Of a stretch of DNA of 61,227 bases, positions 1-9,225 are shown piece by piece. Where the stretch lies: NCBI GenBank assembly GCA_903881565.1, contig CAIRTR010000130.1, positions 1 through 61,227 on the forward strand, written 5' to 3'. Origin of the DNA: Oligoflexia bacterium (lineage in GTDB: Bacteria; Bdellovibrionota; UBA1018). The position numbers and the translations under genes are program-made. Position 1 is the stretch's first letter; every line of letters begins with the position of its first letter. The notes under the pieces were generated by a model. That model was not told the DNA's origin, made no database searches, and was given only the letters and a program-made list of their open reading frames with translations.

Positions 1-1
1 A

Positions 2-559
2 GGCTCTGGAGCACCGGGAGTAGCCGACTTAAACGACTGGTATGGCATCTGGGCCGACGGCAAGCTCAGCGTCGCTTTTGGATTCAACCCCAAGACCAAC
101 CGCTACACCCTTCCCCGCGGTCAAGACTATGGCCGCATCGACCAGAAACTCACTTTTGCCGAGGGCGAAGAATCCAAGCTCATGACAGATGAACAGCTCT
201 TTGCGATGAGCAAGAACTCCACCTACCCAGACGTTTTCTTTCGGGCCCGCACCTCGCTTGCCCCGATTGGCGCCGAGTACCCCGCCGACATCATGATCTC
301 TTTTCGTGCAGGCTTTGTGTCAGTCGGTTTTCGGGTGCCTGGCAAAGAAGACATTGCAACAGCGAGCTTTCATGGCGCCATGAGCGATCTAGGCTCAACC
401 GGAATCCTGCTTTCAACCGAAAGAGAGATTCCGGATGCAGTAAGATCCGATACGCTACTTGATCTTTTCCCCAAATTAAAAGAGCATAACATCTCACTAG
501 GGACGACGTTCGTTCCAGGAGATGCGAATGCCCTTTTGGATTACTCAAAGACTAAATAG
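2..559 (+). CDS. 5'-truncated CDS, open to the window edge. Tentatively the C-terminal part of an alkaline-phosphatase-superfamily / NPP-like hydrolase.
   Basis: The frame of ORF 182..559 stays open back to nt 2 (GSGAPGVADLNDWYGIWADGK...). The segment SFHGAMSDLGSTGILLSTEREIP resembles the C-terminal G-x-HG metal-ligand region of type I phosphodiesterase/nucleotide pyrophosphatase-like enzymes. Family call is by eye only. Confidence 0.45.
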   Translation, partial: GSGAPGVADLNDWYGIWADGKLSVAFGFNPKTNRYTLPRGQDYGRIDQKLTFAEGEESKLMTDEQLFAMSKNSTYPDVFFRARTSLAPIGAEYPADIMISFRAGFVSVGFRVPGKEDIATASFHGAMSDLGSTGILLSTEREIPDAVRSDTLLDLFPKLKEHNISLGTTFVPGDANALLDYSKTK

Positions 560-1373
560 TGCAACTATTTCCGCGGCAATTCTTTGCACACTGGTCCCAT
601 TGGCCGCTTTTGGCGCGCCCCGGCTTCGCGTCGTGACGTTCAACCTCTACAACCGCCCCTACGAGCGCGCCGCTCGAATCGAAAACGCACTTCAACTATT
701 AAAAGAGGAAAAAGCAGACGTGATCGCCCTCCAGGAGATCGCCAAAGGCTGGATTTTAGCAGGCGACCCTTTTGAAATTCTTAAAGAAGGGCTCCAGATG
801 TTTTCTGTGCGGTATTGGCACGAAGAAAACTTAGGAATTTTCAAGACGGGGCTGGGACTTCTTTCGCGCTACCCCATTGATTCGTCTGAGTATCATGACT
901 TCAAGGATCATCAGTGCTGGGACACTAAAGGCTATCTCCGGGCCGAGATTGCAACCCCCTGGGGCCCTCTCCAAGTCTACAACCTTCACATGGCTTCAAC
1001 TCAAAATGAAAGAATCAAAACAAGCGAGTTCAATGAACTTGCCGCTTTCGTTGAAACGACCTCAAAAAAGCAGCCGGTGCTTATTCTTGGCGATTTTAAT
1101 CAAGAGGCACAGACCCCCGTTTTTCAAAATTTTGTGACAAAGCTCAAAACCCATTCTCTCTATGAACTCTTCAAGCCCACAAATACCTGGACCCCTAAGT
1201 ATGAAGATGAATGTGATGGACCCAAAGGCGAGCTCATCGATCACATTTTAGCCATCCCAGGAGAGCGCGCAAAGATCCAGTTTTTGGATGGAAAAGTCAT
1301 CAAATCAGACCGTAATCCCCACCCCTCGGATCATTGTGCAGTGAGGACTGATCTCACTTTTGTTTCGCAATAA
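522..1373 (+). CDS. Endonuclease/exonuclease/phosphatase (EEP) family protein, secreted
   Basis: N-terminal signal-like segment. EEP motifs appear in order: VVTFNLYN, DVIALQEI, NLHM, LGDFN, DHILA, SDHCAV. Confidence 0.85.
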   Translation: MRMPFWITQRLNSATISAAILCTLVPLAAFGAPRLRVVTFNLYNRPYERAARIENALQLLKEEKADVIALQEIAKGWILAGDPFEILKEGLQMFSVRYWHEENLGIFKTGLGLLSRYPIDSSEYHDFKDHQCWDTKGYLRAEIATPWGPLQVYNLHMASTQNERIKTSEFNELAAFVETTSKKQPVLILGDFNQEAQTPVFQNFVTKLKTHSLYELFKPTNTWTPKYEDECDGPKGELIDHILAIPGERAKIQFLDGKVIKSDRNPHPSDHCAVRTDLTFVSQ

Positions 1374-2577
1374 GCTCAGAGATCACTTTGCCAGGGCCTT
1401 GTGGTTTTAAACCAAAAAGGGCTTCAACGGTTGGACGAATATCCAGGTGATTAATGGGGCGTCCCGGCCCGCCCTTGATGAGCTCAGGCTTTGTGCGCGT
1501 CAAGTTGTTTCGACCATAAATCCAAACTCGATCAGATCCCGCAATCCCTGAGCCGTGCCCAATCCATTCGCCTTTCAAGCCTCTTCCGTGATCAGTTGTG
1601 AGGAGGATGGTCGTCGACTCTCCGTATTCTTTCATCCCATCCACGGTTTCGACCAGCGTGCGCATCGCTTGATCATAGAAGCGCAGGCTCTTGATGTACT
1701 CTGAATATTTGTTCAGATGTCCGAGTTCATCAGCATCATCAAAAGAAATAAACATGAAACGCGGTTCATGTTTTTTCAGATATCGTAAGGCATGTCGAAA
1801 AGTATAGCGGTCAAACCGTGCATCAGACCAAGGAGGAGCATCCTTGGCTTGCTCCCGATTGATCGCCGCGAGTTCTTCGTCACTTCCACCATCCGCGAGA
1901 TCTTTGATGCCGGTATTGACGAAAGATTTACCCTCTTCGTGTTCCACTGCGAGTGCAATCTTTTCCCACGATGCAATCGTCACCACCTCATCATGAGTGA
2001 ATTCGGCGCCATTCGCATCTACCAACCGCTCTTGAAGCGTCGTCACAGGCACCCGACCACAGGAGTTGCTGATGCAAGGCTGAGTCGCACCTGCAAAGAT
2101 ACTTTGATAGGCTGGGAGACTTTTCCACGAAGGATTTGCAACACGCACATCATCGCCGCGATCGAGGTTGCCCCATAAAAATCCCTGGGTAAGGGCTTTG
2201 CCTTTGAGCCACTCGAAAAAGGGGGCCGTTTCTTCGGCGTTGAGGGCCGCCCCTAAATCAGGATCGATTCCACGAAAAACCTCCTGCCAGCGGACGCCAT
2301 CGACCATAACTAAGATCACATTTGCGATCGAAGGATCGAGCCATTCAGTGGCGAGCTCAGCAGGAATACCAGAAGGAATCGAAGAGGCTAGCGATGCCGG
2401 CGTACGACCTTGCGCTAAAGACTGCGCTTCGACTCGCGCGCGAAGCTGCTCAATTTTTGATTTGTTTCGAGAGCCACTAAAGGCCAGAGCAAAAGTTGCG
2501 CTCAATAAAACCGCGCACGTAAAAACTAATAAAACACACCTTGAGCGCGACAAGCATCCATGTTTGTTCGGCATCAC
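1354..2577 (-). CDS. Alkaline phosphatase superfamily (type I phosphodiesterase/NPP-like) protein, secreted
   Basis: Signal peptide present. ILVMVDGVRWQEVF is metal-site-like, followed by FISFDDADELGHL and LLTTDHGRG, which are typical of AP-superfamily metalloenzymes. Confidence 0.8.
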   Translation of the reverse strand: MMPNKHGCLSRSRCVLLVFTCAVLLSATFALAFSGSRNKSKIEQLRARVEAQSLAQGRTPASLASSIPSGIPAELATEWLDPSIANVILVMVDGVRWQEVFRGIDPDLGAALNAEETAPFFEWLKGKALTQGFLWGNLDRGDDVRVANPSWKSLPAYQSIFAGATQPCISNSCGRVPVTTLQERLVDANGAEFTHDEVVTIASWEKIALAVEHEEGKSFVNTGIKDLADGGSDEELAAINREQAKDAPPWSDARFDRYTFRHALRYLKKHEPRFMFISFDDADELGHLNKYSEYIKSLRFYDQAMRTLVETVDGMKEYGESTTILLTTDHGRGLKGEWIGHGSGIAGSDRVWIYGRNNLTRTKPELIKGGPGRPINHLDIRPTVEALFGLKPQGPGKVISELIAKQK

Positions 2578-2687
2578 TCCCCCTACATATATTTTAGCTA
2601 CGGAAACATCCTGTTTGCCGCAGTCTAGATATAAGGTTAACCCGGGGGAAATGCGCGTGTCACGCGATTATAAGTCAGGCGAAACCG

Positions 2688-3233
2688 TCAAAATTCTTTC
2701 AGGGGTGGAAGCTCCAGCGCAATCGATTTGCCAAGATCAGGGAGAGCGTCCCCCATTTGGGAGAACGGTACGCCAGCAAGTGCCAGTACTTTCTTCTGTA
2801 TTCGACACTCTCGGGAGAAAGTATCGCCTAAACCTTCATCTTCATTATAGACCAGATCGTAGATCCGTTTGCGAAACCAACCCGCGTTTCGACCGATAAC
2901 GACCCGTGCCATTCGTCGAAGTTTTTTAGCCAAAAAGATCGATTGTCTTTGCCCAGGGCCTGTAAAATCAATGAGCAGATCCACATGCGTGGGACACTCG
3001 GCCCCCGTACTCTTACCTTGTGTGTTTGCGAAAAACACGGCGGCGTCGGGATAGGCGAGATGAATCTTCTGCCTTAAGGCCTCAATATCAAAAACCAGCC
3101 CCCGCGCTGACAAAATCACAAGGACCGTTCGAACGCCTGGAATTCTTCGTGAGAGTGTTTTTTCATATTCCGCAATTTGCGCGAGAACCGAAGCCGATTC
3201 TTTATCTAACCCCAATTGAAGATCCGTCGTCAT
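2688..3233 (-). CDS. Hypothetical protein
   Basis: 181-aa ORF with protein-like composition. Its start overlaps the stop of the upstream gene 3230..3604 by 4 nt (ATGA-type overlap at 3230..3233). No family recognised. Confidence 0.55.
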   Translation of the reverse strand: MTTDLQLGLDKESASVLAQIAEYEKTLSRRIPGVRTVLVILSARGLVFDIEALRQKIHLAYPDAAVFFANTQGKSTGAECPTHVDLLIDFTGPGQRQSIFLAKKLRRMARVVIGRNAGWFRKRIYDLVYNEDEGLGDTFSRECRIQKKVLALAGVPFSQMGDALPDLGKSIALELPPLKEF

Positions 3234-3604
3234 GGTTCAAGGGGTATCACGTCAGACGCTCCACGATCAAGAGCCGAAGATCCAGCCTGAACGCCTGCAA
3301 GATAGCAGTCTGAAGTTTCATAGCTATTTGCACCTTGAAACCCGGCTTGATAACCTTCATCAAAACTCTTGGTGCACCCAAACTCACCTTGCCGCGCAAC
3401 CGCAGCGCCTTCTCGAACACCTAGGCGATAGCACTGTTCATGAAGCGTGGGTCTCAGATTCTTGCCGCGAAAGCCCGCTTCAATTCCCTGTCCGTAGCTG
3501 TCATAGGCTGCACCGAGACCACAAAGAGGCAGAAGTGGGTTTCGCGCAGCGTATACGGTAGTGATCGAAAAACTAAGTAAGAGTGCCAATAAAAACTGCT
3601 TCAT
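3230..3604 (-). CDS. Small secreted Cys-containing hypothetical protein
   Basis: The ORF extends to 3622, but the ATG at 3604 gives MKQFLLALLLSFSITTVYA, a clear signal peptide. The mature part has 6 Cys and repeated GxQAGF-like segments. Confidence 0.55.
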   Translation of the reverse strand: MKQFLLALLLSFSITTVYAARNPLLPLCGLGAAYDSYGQGIEAGFRGKNLRPTLHEQCYRLGVREGAAVARQGEFGCTKSFDEGYQAGFQGANSYETSDCYLAGVQAGSSALDRGASDVIPLEP

Positions 3605-3715
3605 AACGCAATGCAATAACATAGTATTTTGGCAATATCCAGCTTAGAAATCGCAGTCCGCTTTACGCCTTGGAACCTGCGGCGCAGCTAAGATATGATG
3701 ACAAAAGGAGACACT

Positions 3716-4390
3716 ATGGACACCAAAAAGCACAATAAAATCGCAGTCATACTCTGTGGAAGCGGGTTCAAAGACGGAAGCGAGATCCGCGAATCTGTGG
3801 CCGTGCTCTGGGCTTTAAGCCAACACCCCGTAAAGGTCCAATGTTTTGCACCCGACGCCAACCAAGCGGACGTGATCAATTGTCTCACTGGCGAAGCAAT
3901 CAAGGGCGAAACTCGAAACATGCTCGTCGAATCCGCTCGCATCGCCCGCGGTGAGGTCTTGCCACTTTCGAAACTTGACGCATCAGAATTCTCAGCCCTC
4001 ATTTTGCCTGGAGGATTCGGAGCCGCAAAAAATCTTTGCAGCTTTGCTTACAAGGGCACCCAGGGAGCCACTCGACCCGAGCTTCAAAAGATTTTAGAGA
4101 AATTTCATTCTTCCCAAAAACCCATCGGCGCAATCTGCATCGCCCCCATGATCCTTGCCCTGGCTTTCCCGGATCGCCGATTTGAACTCACCGTGGGCCC
4201 CAAAAGCGAAGCCGCCGACACGATCGAGAAGTTGGGCCACCGCCATATTGAATGCCGCGCCAATGAGTCGCATGTTGATGTCGCTCATAAAATCATCACT
4301 ACGCCTGCCTATATGATCGATGAGGCCCCCTTGCACGAGATCTTCACAGGGATTCAGCACCTCGTGGGCGAAGTGGTGTCGATGATTTAG
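3716..4390 (+). CDS. elbB: Isoprenoid biosynthesis glyoxalase ElbB (DJ-1/PfpI superfamily)
   Basis: KIAVILCGSGFKDGSEIRESV...CFAPD...DVINCLTGEA...LILPGGFGAAKNL...ITTPAYM is collinear with E. coli ElbB. AAGGAG lies 6 nt upstream of the ATG at 3716 (the ORF track starts at 3695). Confidence 0.9.
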   Translation: MDTKKHNKIAVILCGSGFKDGSEIRESVAVLWALSQHPVKVQCFAPDANQADVINCLTGEAIKGETRNMLVESARIARGEVLPLSKLDASEFSALILPGGFGAAKNLCSFAYKGTQGATRPELQKILEKFHSSQKPIGAICIAPMILALAFPDRRFELTVGPKSEAADTIEKLGHRHIECRANESHVDVAHKIITTPAYMIDEAPLHEIFTGIQHLVGEVVSMI

Positions 4391-4809
4391 TAGTCTCCGC
4401 GGGAGACTTTGCGAAGACTTTTCTTTTGCGAATGCAGGCTTTTTGCCTCTTTCGCTTTGCGCTTGCTCGAAAAAGAGGGCCGAGATTTTTTACGCGCTTT
4501 CGGAACAAAAGCCGCGGCAACGAGCAAGGCTTTTAACTTCTCTAGGCAGTCATCACGATTCATACCCTGATCTCTAAACCGGTCGCTGGAAACAATGAGA
4601 TCCCCATTGCGCGTGAGCTGATTTTCGAGTTTGCCCATCAAGCGTGCGCGCGTATCGAGCGAAAGGCTCGGACTGGTCAAAAGGCTCCAGCGAAGAACAG
4701 CTTTGCTATTCACTTTATTGACGTTCTGTCCGCCGGGGCCGGAGCTTCGCACGAATGAAAATTCAAATTCCGACAAGGGGATTTGAATAAACGGAGTAAT
4801 CAAGAGCAT
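4387..4809 (-). CDS. arfB: Alternative ribosome-rescue factor ArfB (peptidyl-tRNA hydrolase, YaeJ)
   Basis: RF-1-domain GGQ motif (SSGPGGQNVNKVNSKAVLRW) followed by a basic C-terminal tail, about 140 aa, as in E. coli YaeJ. Confidence 0.9.
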   Translation of the reverse strand: MLLITPFIQIPLSEFEFSFVRSSGPGGQNVNKVNSKAVLRWSLLTSPSLSLDTRARLMGKLENQLTRNGDLIVSSDRFRDQGMNRDDCLEKLKALLVAAAFVPKARKKSRPSFSSKRKAKEAKSLHSQKKSLRKVSRGDY

Positions 4810-4866
4810 GGATCTGTCGTATCAACTCGGGTAGGATCAAAGCAACGAGGAACTGAGAGGAACGCC

Positions 4867-5229
4867 ATGCCAAAAGACACTCGCCTAGTCTACTCCACGG
4901 ACCCTGCGCTAAATGTCAAATGCGACAAATGCAAAGAGCTGCGCTCCGAATGCACCTGCGTCGCCCAGGACAACCCCCGTACTTACAAATTTGTAGCCAA
5001 TATCCGAATGGAAAAGTCGGGACGCAACGGCAAAACGGTTTCCGTGATTGCGGAGCTGCCCAAGAACGAATTGTTCTTAAAAAATCTTACGACACTGCTC
5101 AAGAAGAAGTGCGGTTCGGGCGGCACCTACCTCATGGATGGCAAAGAAGGCGTCATCGAAATCCAAGGCGACAAACGGGACCTCATTCGACAGTTACTTG
5201 CGAAAGAGGGCATCAAGACGAAGGGGTAG
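4867..5229 (+). CDS. yciH: Translation initiation factor SUI1-family protein YciH
   Basis: LVYSTDP...GRNGKTVSVI...LLKKKCGSGGT...GVIEIQGDKRDLIRQLL matches E. coli YciH. The internal ATG at 4867 removes the overlap with the divergent arfB. Confidence 0.9.
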   Translation: MPKDTRLVYSTDPALNVKCDKCKELRSECTCVAQDNPRTYKFVANIRMEKSGRNGKTVSVIAELPKNELFLKNLTTLLKKKCGSGGTYLMDGKEGVIEIQGDKRDLIRQLLAKEGIKTKG

Positions 5230-5304
5230 CGTCAATTTAATCTCAGGTTCCTTTAACGAGGGTTTGCGTTACCATTACTGAATGCCAAAGGAAGGGACCC
5301 CCAT

Positions 5305-5967
5305 TTGAGCCCAAATCCAAAAGTCCTAATCATTGACGACAGTCCTTTTGATCGCGAACTAATGAAAGCCGCCCTTAAAGGGAACGGATTTGATGTGACG
5401 GAGCTCAGTACCCCTTCGAACTGTCTGAATCATATTGCCGCGGAAAAGCCTGATCTTGTCTTACTCGACATTATGATGCTCGATATGGATGGGATTACCG
5501 CACTCAAACACATTCGCACCAAGCACGATCATCTCACTCTTCCTGTCATCATGGTCACCTCGCTCACAGACTCTGCTGAGGTCATCGCGGCACTTAACAT
5601 GGGCGCAAATGATTATATCACCAAACCCGTTCAATGGGACGTGGCCTTACGAAGAATCCAAACCCACCTCACAATCTGCGAGCAGGCGCGCGCGATGTCG
5701 CAAGCTAAAGAAACTGCAGCCGTTCAAGCCATGATCGTCACTTTTAATCACGAAATCAACAACCCGCTGGCCATTGCCTGCTTTACGGTCGAAGCGCTCA
5801 AGGCAAAATACAGCGACGATCCCAGCATCAGTTCACTGGAGGCAACACTTGATCGCATTGCGGACATTGTGAAAAAAATTGATCGCGTTCTCGAAACCGG
5901 ATCGTTCGAATACGCGAAGTACGGTCAAAATGCACAGATGATCGACCTAAAAAAAGAAAAGCCCTAA
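5305..5967 (+). CDS. Response-regulator receiver domain fused to a HisKA-like H-box/dimerisation segment, with no ATPase domain
   Basis: Canonical REC residues are present (IIDDS, LLDIMMLDMDG, VIMVTS, YITKP), then FNHEINNPLA (H-box-like). TTG start at 5305 is preceded by AAGGAAGGG; no in-frame ATG would preserve the REC N-terminus. Confidence 0.85.
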   Translation: MSPNPKVLIIDDSPFDRELMKAALKGNGFDVTELSTPSNCLNHIAAEKPDLVLLDIMMLDMDGITALKHIRTKHDHLTLPVIMVTSLTDSAEVIAALNMGANDYITKPVQWDVALRRIQTHLTICEQARAMSQAKETAAVQAMIVTFNHEINNPLAIACFTVEALKAKYSDDPSISSLEATLDRIADIVKKIDRVLETGSFEYAKYGQNAQMIDLKKEKP

Positions 5968-5975
5968 GCTAAATC

Positions 5976-7274
5976 CTAAAATGAAAAATGTCGAATATCG
6001 TAGAGCGCCTTCTTAAGCTCCGATCTGAAATCAGGATGAGCAATCGCAATCAGCGCCTCACCCCGCTCGCGTAATCCCATACCGTGAAGATTGACGGCAC
6101 CAAACTCCGTAACCACCCAATGAACATGACCCCGCGTTGTCACCACCCCTGCCCCAGGCTTCAGTGCCGGCACAATTCGAGACAGTTTCCCAGACGAAGC
6201 AGTAGCGGGCAGCGCGATGATGGGTTTTCCACCCTTAGAAAGGGCAGCTCCATGAATAAAATCCATTTGGCCACCAATCCCTGAAAAAATCTTATGACCA
6301 ATGGAATCGGCACAAACCTGTCCCGTCAAATCGATTTCGATGGCGGAGTTGATCGCAACCATCTTGTCGTTTCTGCGAATAGCCGCCGTATCATTCGTGC
6401 GATCACAAGGGTGAAACTCGACATTCGGGTTATCATGCACAAAATCGAAAACAACTTTAGTTCCCACGACAAAACTCGTCGTGATTCTTCCCGGGTGCAC
6501 CGCCTTGAATCGATTCGTGATCACTCCCGCATCAACCAGCGCCACGAGATTATCGGAAAACATCTCAGTATGAATTCCTATGTCGTTCTTATTTGTGAGG
6601 CGGCTTAACACCGCATTTGGAATTCCCCCAATCCCCATCTGTAGACAAGAGCCATCTTCAACCAAATGAGCGATGGACTCCCCAATTTGCGCTTCAACGG
6701 GGGTTTCTGGCGTTAATGCAGCTGAAATGAGCGGCCGATTGGAATGCATAAACGCATGCACCCGATCGATATGAACGAACGAATTGCCATGAGTCCGTGG
6801 CATCTGGTCATTAATCTCCGCAATAATATATTTTGCCGAATCAACGGCAGCCTTTGCCGTATCCACTGACGTACCAAGCGTGCACCAACCGTGACCATCC
6901 GGTGGGGAAAGCTGTACGATCGCCACATCCAATGGAATTTTCTGCGACGTAAAGAGATTGGGAATATCCGACAAGAAAATGGGGACGAAATCCGCGCGAC
7001 CTTCTTCAATAGGCTTTCGTAAAGAAGCTCCCGTAAAAAGCGAAACTGAAAAAAATCGGCCCTCTTGACTCACATCTGCGAAGCGACAAGGTCCATTCGT
7101 ATGAAGGTGATAAAGCCTCACGCCCTCTAGCCCAGGTTTGTCACAAAGGGCCTCAATCAAAGGAGTGGGCGTGGCTGCGGCGCCGTGAATAAAAACGCGC
7201 ATGCCACTTTGAATTACTTCTACAGCATCTGAAGCACTTACAGCTCTCGGTTCCCAAGCTCTCGTGTATCGCAT
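5976..7274 (-). CDS. Acetyl-CoA hydrolase/transferase family protein (4-hydroxybutyrate CoA-transferase-like)
   Basis: 432 aa. N- and C-terminal CoA-transferase family regions are present (IHGAAATP, EINDQMPRTHG, LQMGIGGIPNAV, GSGGQMDF-like SGIGGQMDFIHGA). Confidence 0.9.
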   Translation of the reverse strand: MRYTRAWEPRAVSASDAVEVIQSGMRVFIHGAAATPTPLIEALCDKPGLEGVRLYHLHTNGPCRFADVSQEGRFFSVSLFTGASLRKPIEEGRADFVPIFLSDIPNLFTSQKIPLDVAIVQLSPPDGHGWCTLGTSVDTAKAAVDSAKYIIAEINDQMPRTHGNSFVHIDRVHAFMHSNRPLISAALTPETPVEAQIGESIAHLVEDGSCLQMGIGGIPNAVLSRLTNKNDIGIHTEMFSDNLVALVDAGVITNRFKAVHPGRITTSFVVGTKVVFDFVHDNPNVEFHPCDRTNDTAAIRRNDKMVAINSAIEIDLTGQVCADSIGHKIFSGIGGQMDFIHGAALSKGGKPIIALPATASSGKLSRIVPALKPGAGVVTTRGHVHWVVTEFGAVNLHGMGLRERGEALIAIAHPDFRSELKKALYDIRHFSF

Positions 7275-7352
7275 GATGAAATCTCCTCGTTAGGTATGAG
7301 TTGGAGTAATCACCCTGCACTGTAGTTCAAAAATTTGAAAACCGCCTCAAAA

Positions 7353-8624
7353 TTAGTGTGAAATTCCGAACCATGCCTTGAGATATGCACCCTCGGTAAA
7401 ACTCGATAGCACCGGATGATCTGGGCTCTGAGAGCCTCGCCCGATCCATGACACGCTCGCACCGTGACGTTGCGAAGCCTTTGCAAGGGTGGCCACAAAG
7501 TCACTTTCAGGCAGTAGTCCCGAGCACGAACAACTGATCACGCCGCCGCCGCGCCTAATTAAGCGAAACACTTCTGTATTTAATTTCAGGTAGGCATGAG
7601 TGCCCGTCGGAATATCTTTACGCGACTTGATCAAAGCAGGCGGATCGCAAACGATCAAATCAAATTCTCCTTTGGGCCAAGAGGCAAGATCTTTAAGCAC
7701 ATCCGCCTTGGCAGTCTTAAAACTAATTTTATCAAGATTTCGGGCGGTAAAGTCTAGAGCTTTTTGCGAAGCGTCGACCGCAGTCACTTCGACTGAAACG
7801 CCCTGCTTCACTAGGCTGCGCGCAAGCGAAGAACTCCACTGACCGACGTAACAACAAAGGTCCAAGATTTTAAGCGGGCGCTTGCCAAGCTCGAGCCCTT
7901 CGGCAAACGCGCGCCCAAAAAGCTCTACGCCTTTTTTGATGTTCGAGGCTTGGTCCAGGAAAAATCCTGTCTTTTGACCATTAATGAGATCGGTCCAAAA
8001 CAGGTGCTCACCCACTTTGATTTGAGTCTCTTCGAGGTGAGCGAATCCGGCTTTTCTGAAAACTTGAGGTTCTTGTTCAGTGAGGCCTTCAAGCTTTCGA
8101 ACGCCCATATCATTGCGGAGGACGATTGCGGTTTGAGACCAGGGAGTTTGGAAGAGGTTTTCGCCCACGAGCTTTTCGAGGGCCTCAATGATCGCGGGAA
8201 TTCGGACATCGATTCCGGCGGTGTGCGCTTGGATTACTAGGACCTGGCCTTGATCTGTTTTGTATCGATCGATGACGAGTCCGGGCAGTTGATCGGATTC
8301 ACCAAAGCATGCGCGAAAACTGGAGGCTTGGAGGCCAGCACTAATCCGGAGCGTGATGGCCTGCCGGAGCTTTTGAGTGAAGGCCTCGACTGAATCCGGA
8401 GTCTTGAGCTCGGGATCGCGCGTGAGTTCGCGAAAGGCGATCAGCGAATGGGGATTGCCATAACCGCGGGCCAGAAACCCGCCGCTGGGATCACGAAGCT
8501 CGACGAGGGCGCCGGGCTCGAGACCTTTAGGTGATTCCAAAATTTCATTGGAATAAACCCAAGGGTGACCTTGGCGGAATCGGCGGTCGGAGTTTTTTCG
8601 GAAATGCCAGATGTGTGGGGTCAT
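7353..8624 (-). CDS. rlmI: 23S rRNA (cytosine-C5)-methyltransferase RlmI-like, class I SAM-dependent
   Basis: N-terminal PUA-like region (GHPWVYSNEI), central KTGFFLDQ, SAM fold (LDLCCYVGQWS, DPPA), C-terminal PVLSSFTEGAYLK. Collinear with E. coli RlmI. Confidence 0.85.
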   Translation of the reverse strand: MTPHIWHFRKNSDRRFRQGHPWVYSNEILESPKGLEPGALVELRDPSGGFLARGYGNPHSLIAFRELTRDPELKTPDSVEAFTQKLRQAITLRISAGLQASSFRACFGESDQLPGLVIDRYKTDQGQVLVIQAHTAGIDVRIPAIIEALEKLVGENLFQTPWSQTAIVLRNDMGVRKLEGLTEQEPQVFRKAGFAHLEETQIKVGEHLFWTDLINGQKTGFFLDQASNIKKGVELFGRAFAEGLELGKRPLKILDLCCYVGQWSSSLARSLVKQGVSVEVTAVDASQKALDFTARNLDKISFKTAKADVLKDLASWPKGEFDLIVCDPPALIKSRKDIPTGTHAYLKLNTEVFRLIRRGGGVISCSCSGLLPESDFVATLAKASQRHGASVSWIGRGSQSPDHPVLSSFTEGAYLKAWFGISH

Positions 8625-8917
8625 GGAGTTCTTTTATCCGGAAAGGGGGGCGATTCCAAGCGCGGGGTGGCCTGGCGCGCCGAATTTCCGAAATCGTGAA
8701 GAAAATGCCCGAAGGGTGCAGGGCTAAGGCCAATAACTTCAGTATTTGAGAAGAAACTCGCCGCAGGGTTCGCCCGCAAGCGAAAACAAATGAGCGTGTG
8801 CAAATCATGGATTCCATGCGAAGGCTCCTTCGTAGACATGTGCAAGCCCATTAACTTCTTGTTGATGCGAGCAATCCCCGCATATTTAAATGCCCCTGGA
8901 TGCCTTAAAGTCATCAT
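8621..8917 (-). pseudogene. Possible truncated HD-domain phosphohydrolase remnant (98-aa ORF)
   Basis: SHGIHDLHTLI...(about 30 aa)...GHFLHDFGN resembles the H...HD first half of an HD domain. The second half is absent because the ORF ends in an ATGA overlap with the rlmI start. It may also be a spurious ORF. Confidence 0.3.
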
Positions 8918-8922
8918 CGAGT

Positions 8923-9219
8923 TCAGGGATGAGAGATAATTGCGATAATCGTAATTACACTCTTACCAGGTCCATAGTGCCAGAATATGCGATAAGCTGC
9001 AGGCGTGTTATTCTCGGCATAAGCTTCAAAAATCTCTTCGCTGTTAGGTCCCATCAGAGATGAGTATTTGTGAGTATTGAGCCCTTTATGACGAGGATTC
9101 ACTTCGAGATCCCCTAAAGCCTTGCGAACCGCCTTGAGACGTTTTCCCAAACTCCGATCCTTTTCGAGCGTTCGCAGATTTGAATCCGCTTCAGTCGTGA
9201 ACTTAAGCTCAAAAAACAT
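8923..9219 (-). CDS. Type II toxin-antitoxin system toxin, RelE/ParE-superfamily-like
   Basis: 98 aa, immediately (6 nt) downstream of the antitoxin gene. N-terminal MFFELKFTTEA and C-terminal YRIFWHYGPGKSVITIIAIISHP are typical of RelE/ParE-fold toxins. Confidence 0.7.
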   Translation of the reverse strand: MFFELKFTTEADSNLRTLEKDRSLGKRLKAVRKALGDLEVNPRHKGLNTHKYSSLMGPNSEEIFEAYAENNTPAAYRIFWHYGPGKSVITIIAIISHP

Positions 9220-9225
9220 TAGGCG

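Noticed and set aside
2649-2661. 13-bp palindrome CGCGTG-T-CACGCG between two minus-strand genes.
   Set aside because: It is short and GC-rich, and its single-nt centre cannot form an RNA hairpin. No second copy was noticed. It is too weak to call a regulatory site.
2168-2899. 243-aa plus-strand ORF.
   Set aside because: It lies largely antisense to the AP-superfamily gene (1354..2577) and overlaps 2688..3233. Its composition is Ser/Arg/Pro-rich, shadow-ORF-like, and it has no recognisable motifs.
3671-3686. Sigma54-like motif TGGAACCTGCGGCGCA upstream of elbB.
   Set aside because: Only the GG-N10-GC core and the TGG/GCA flanks match. The -12 box lacks the TTGC consensus. GG-N10-GC arises by chance frequently, and there is no functional rationale.
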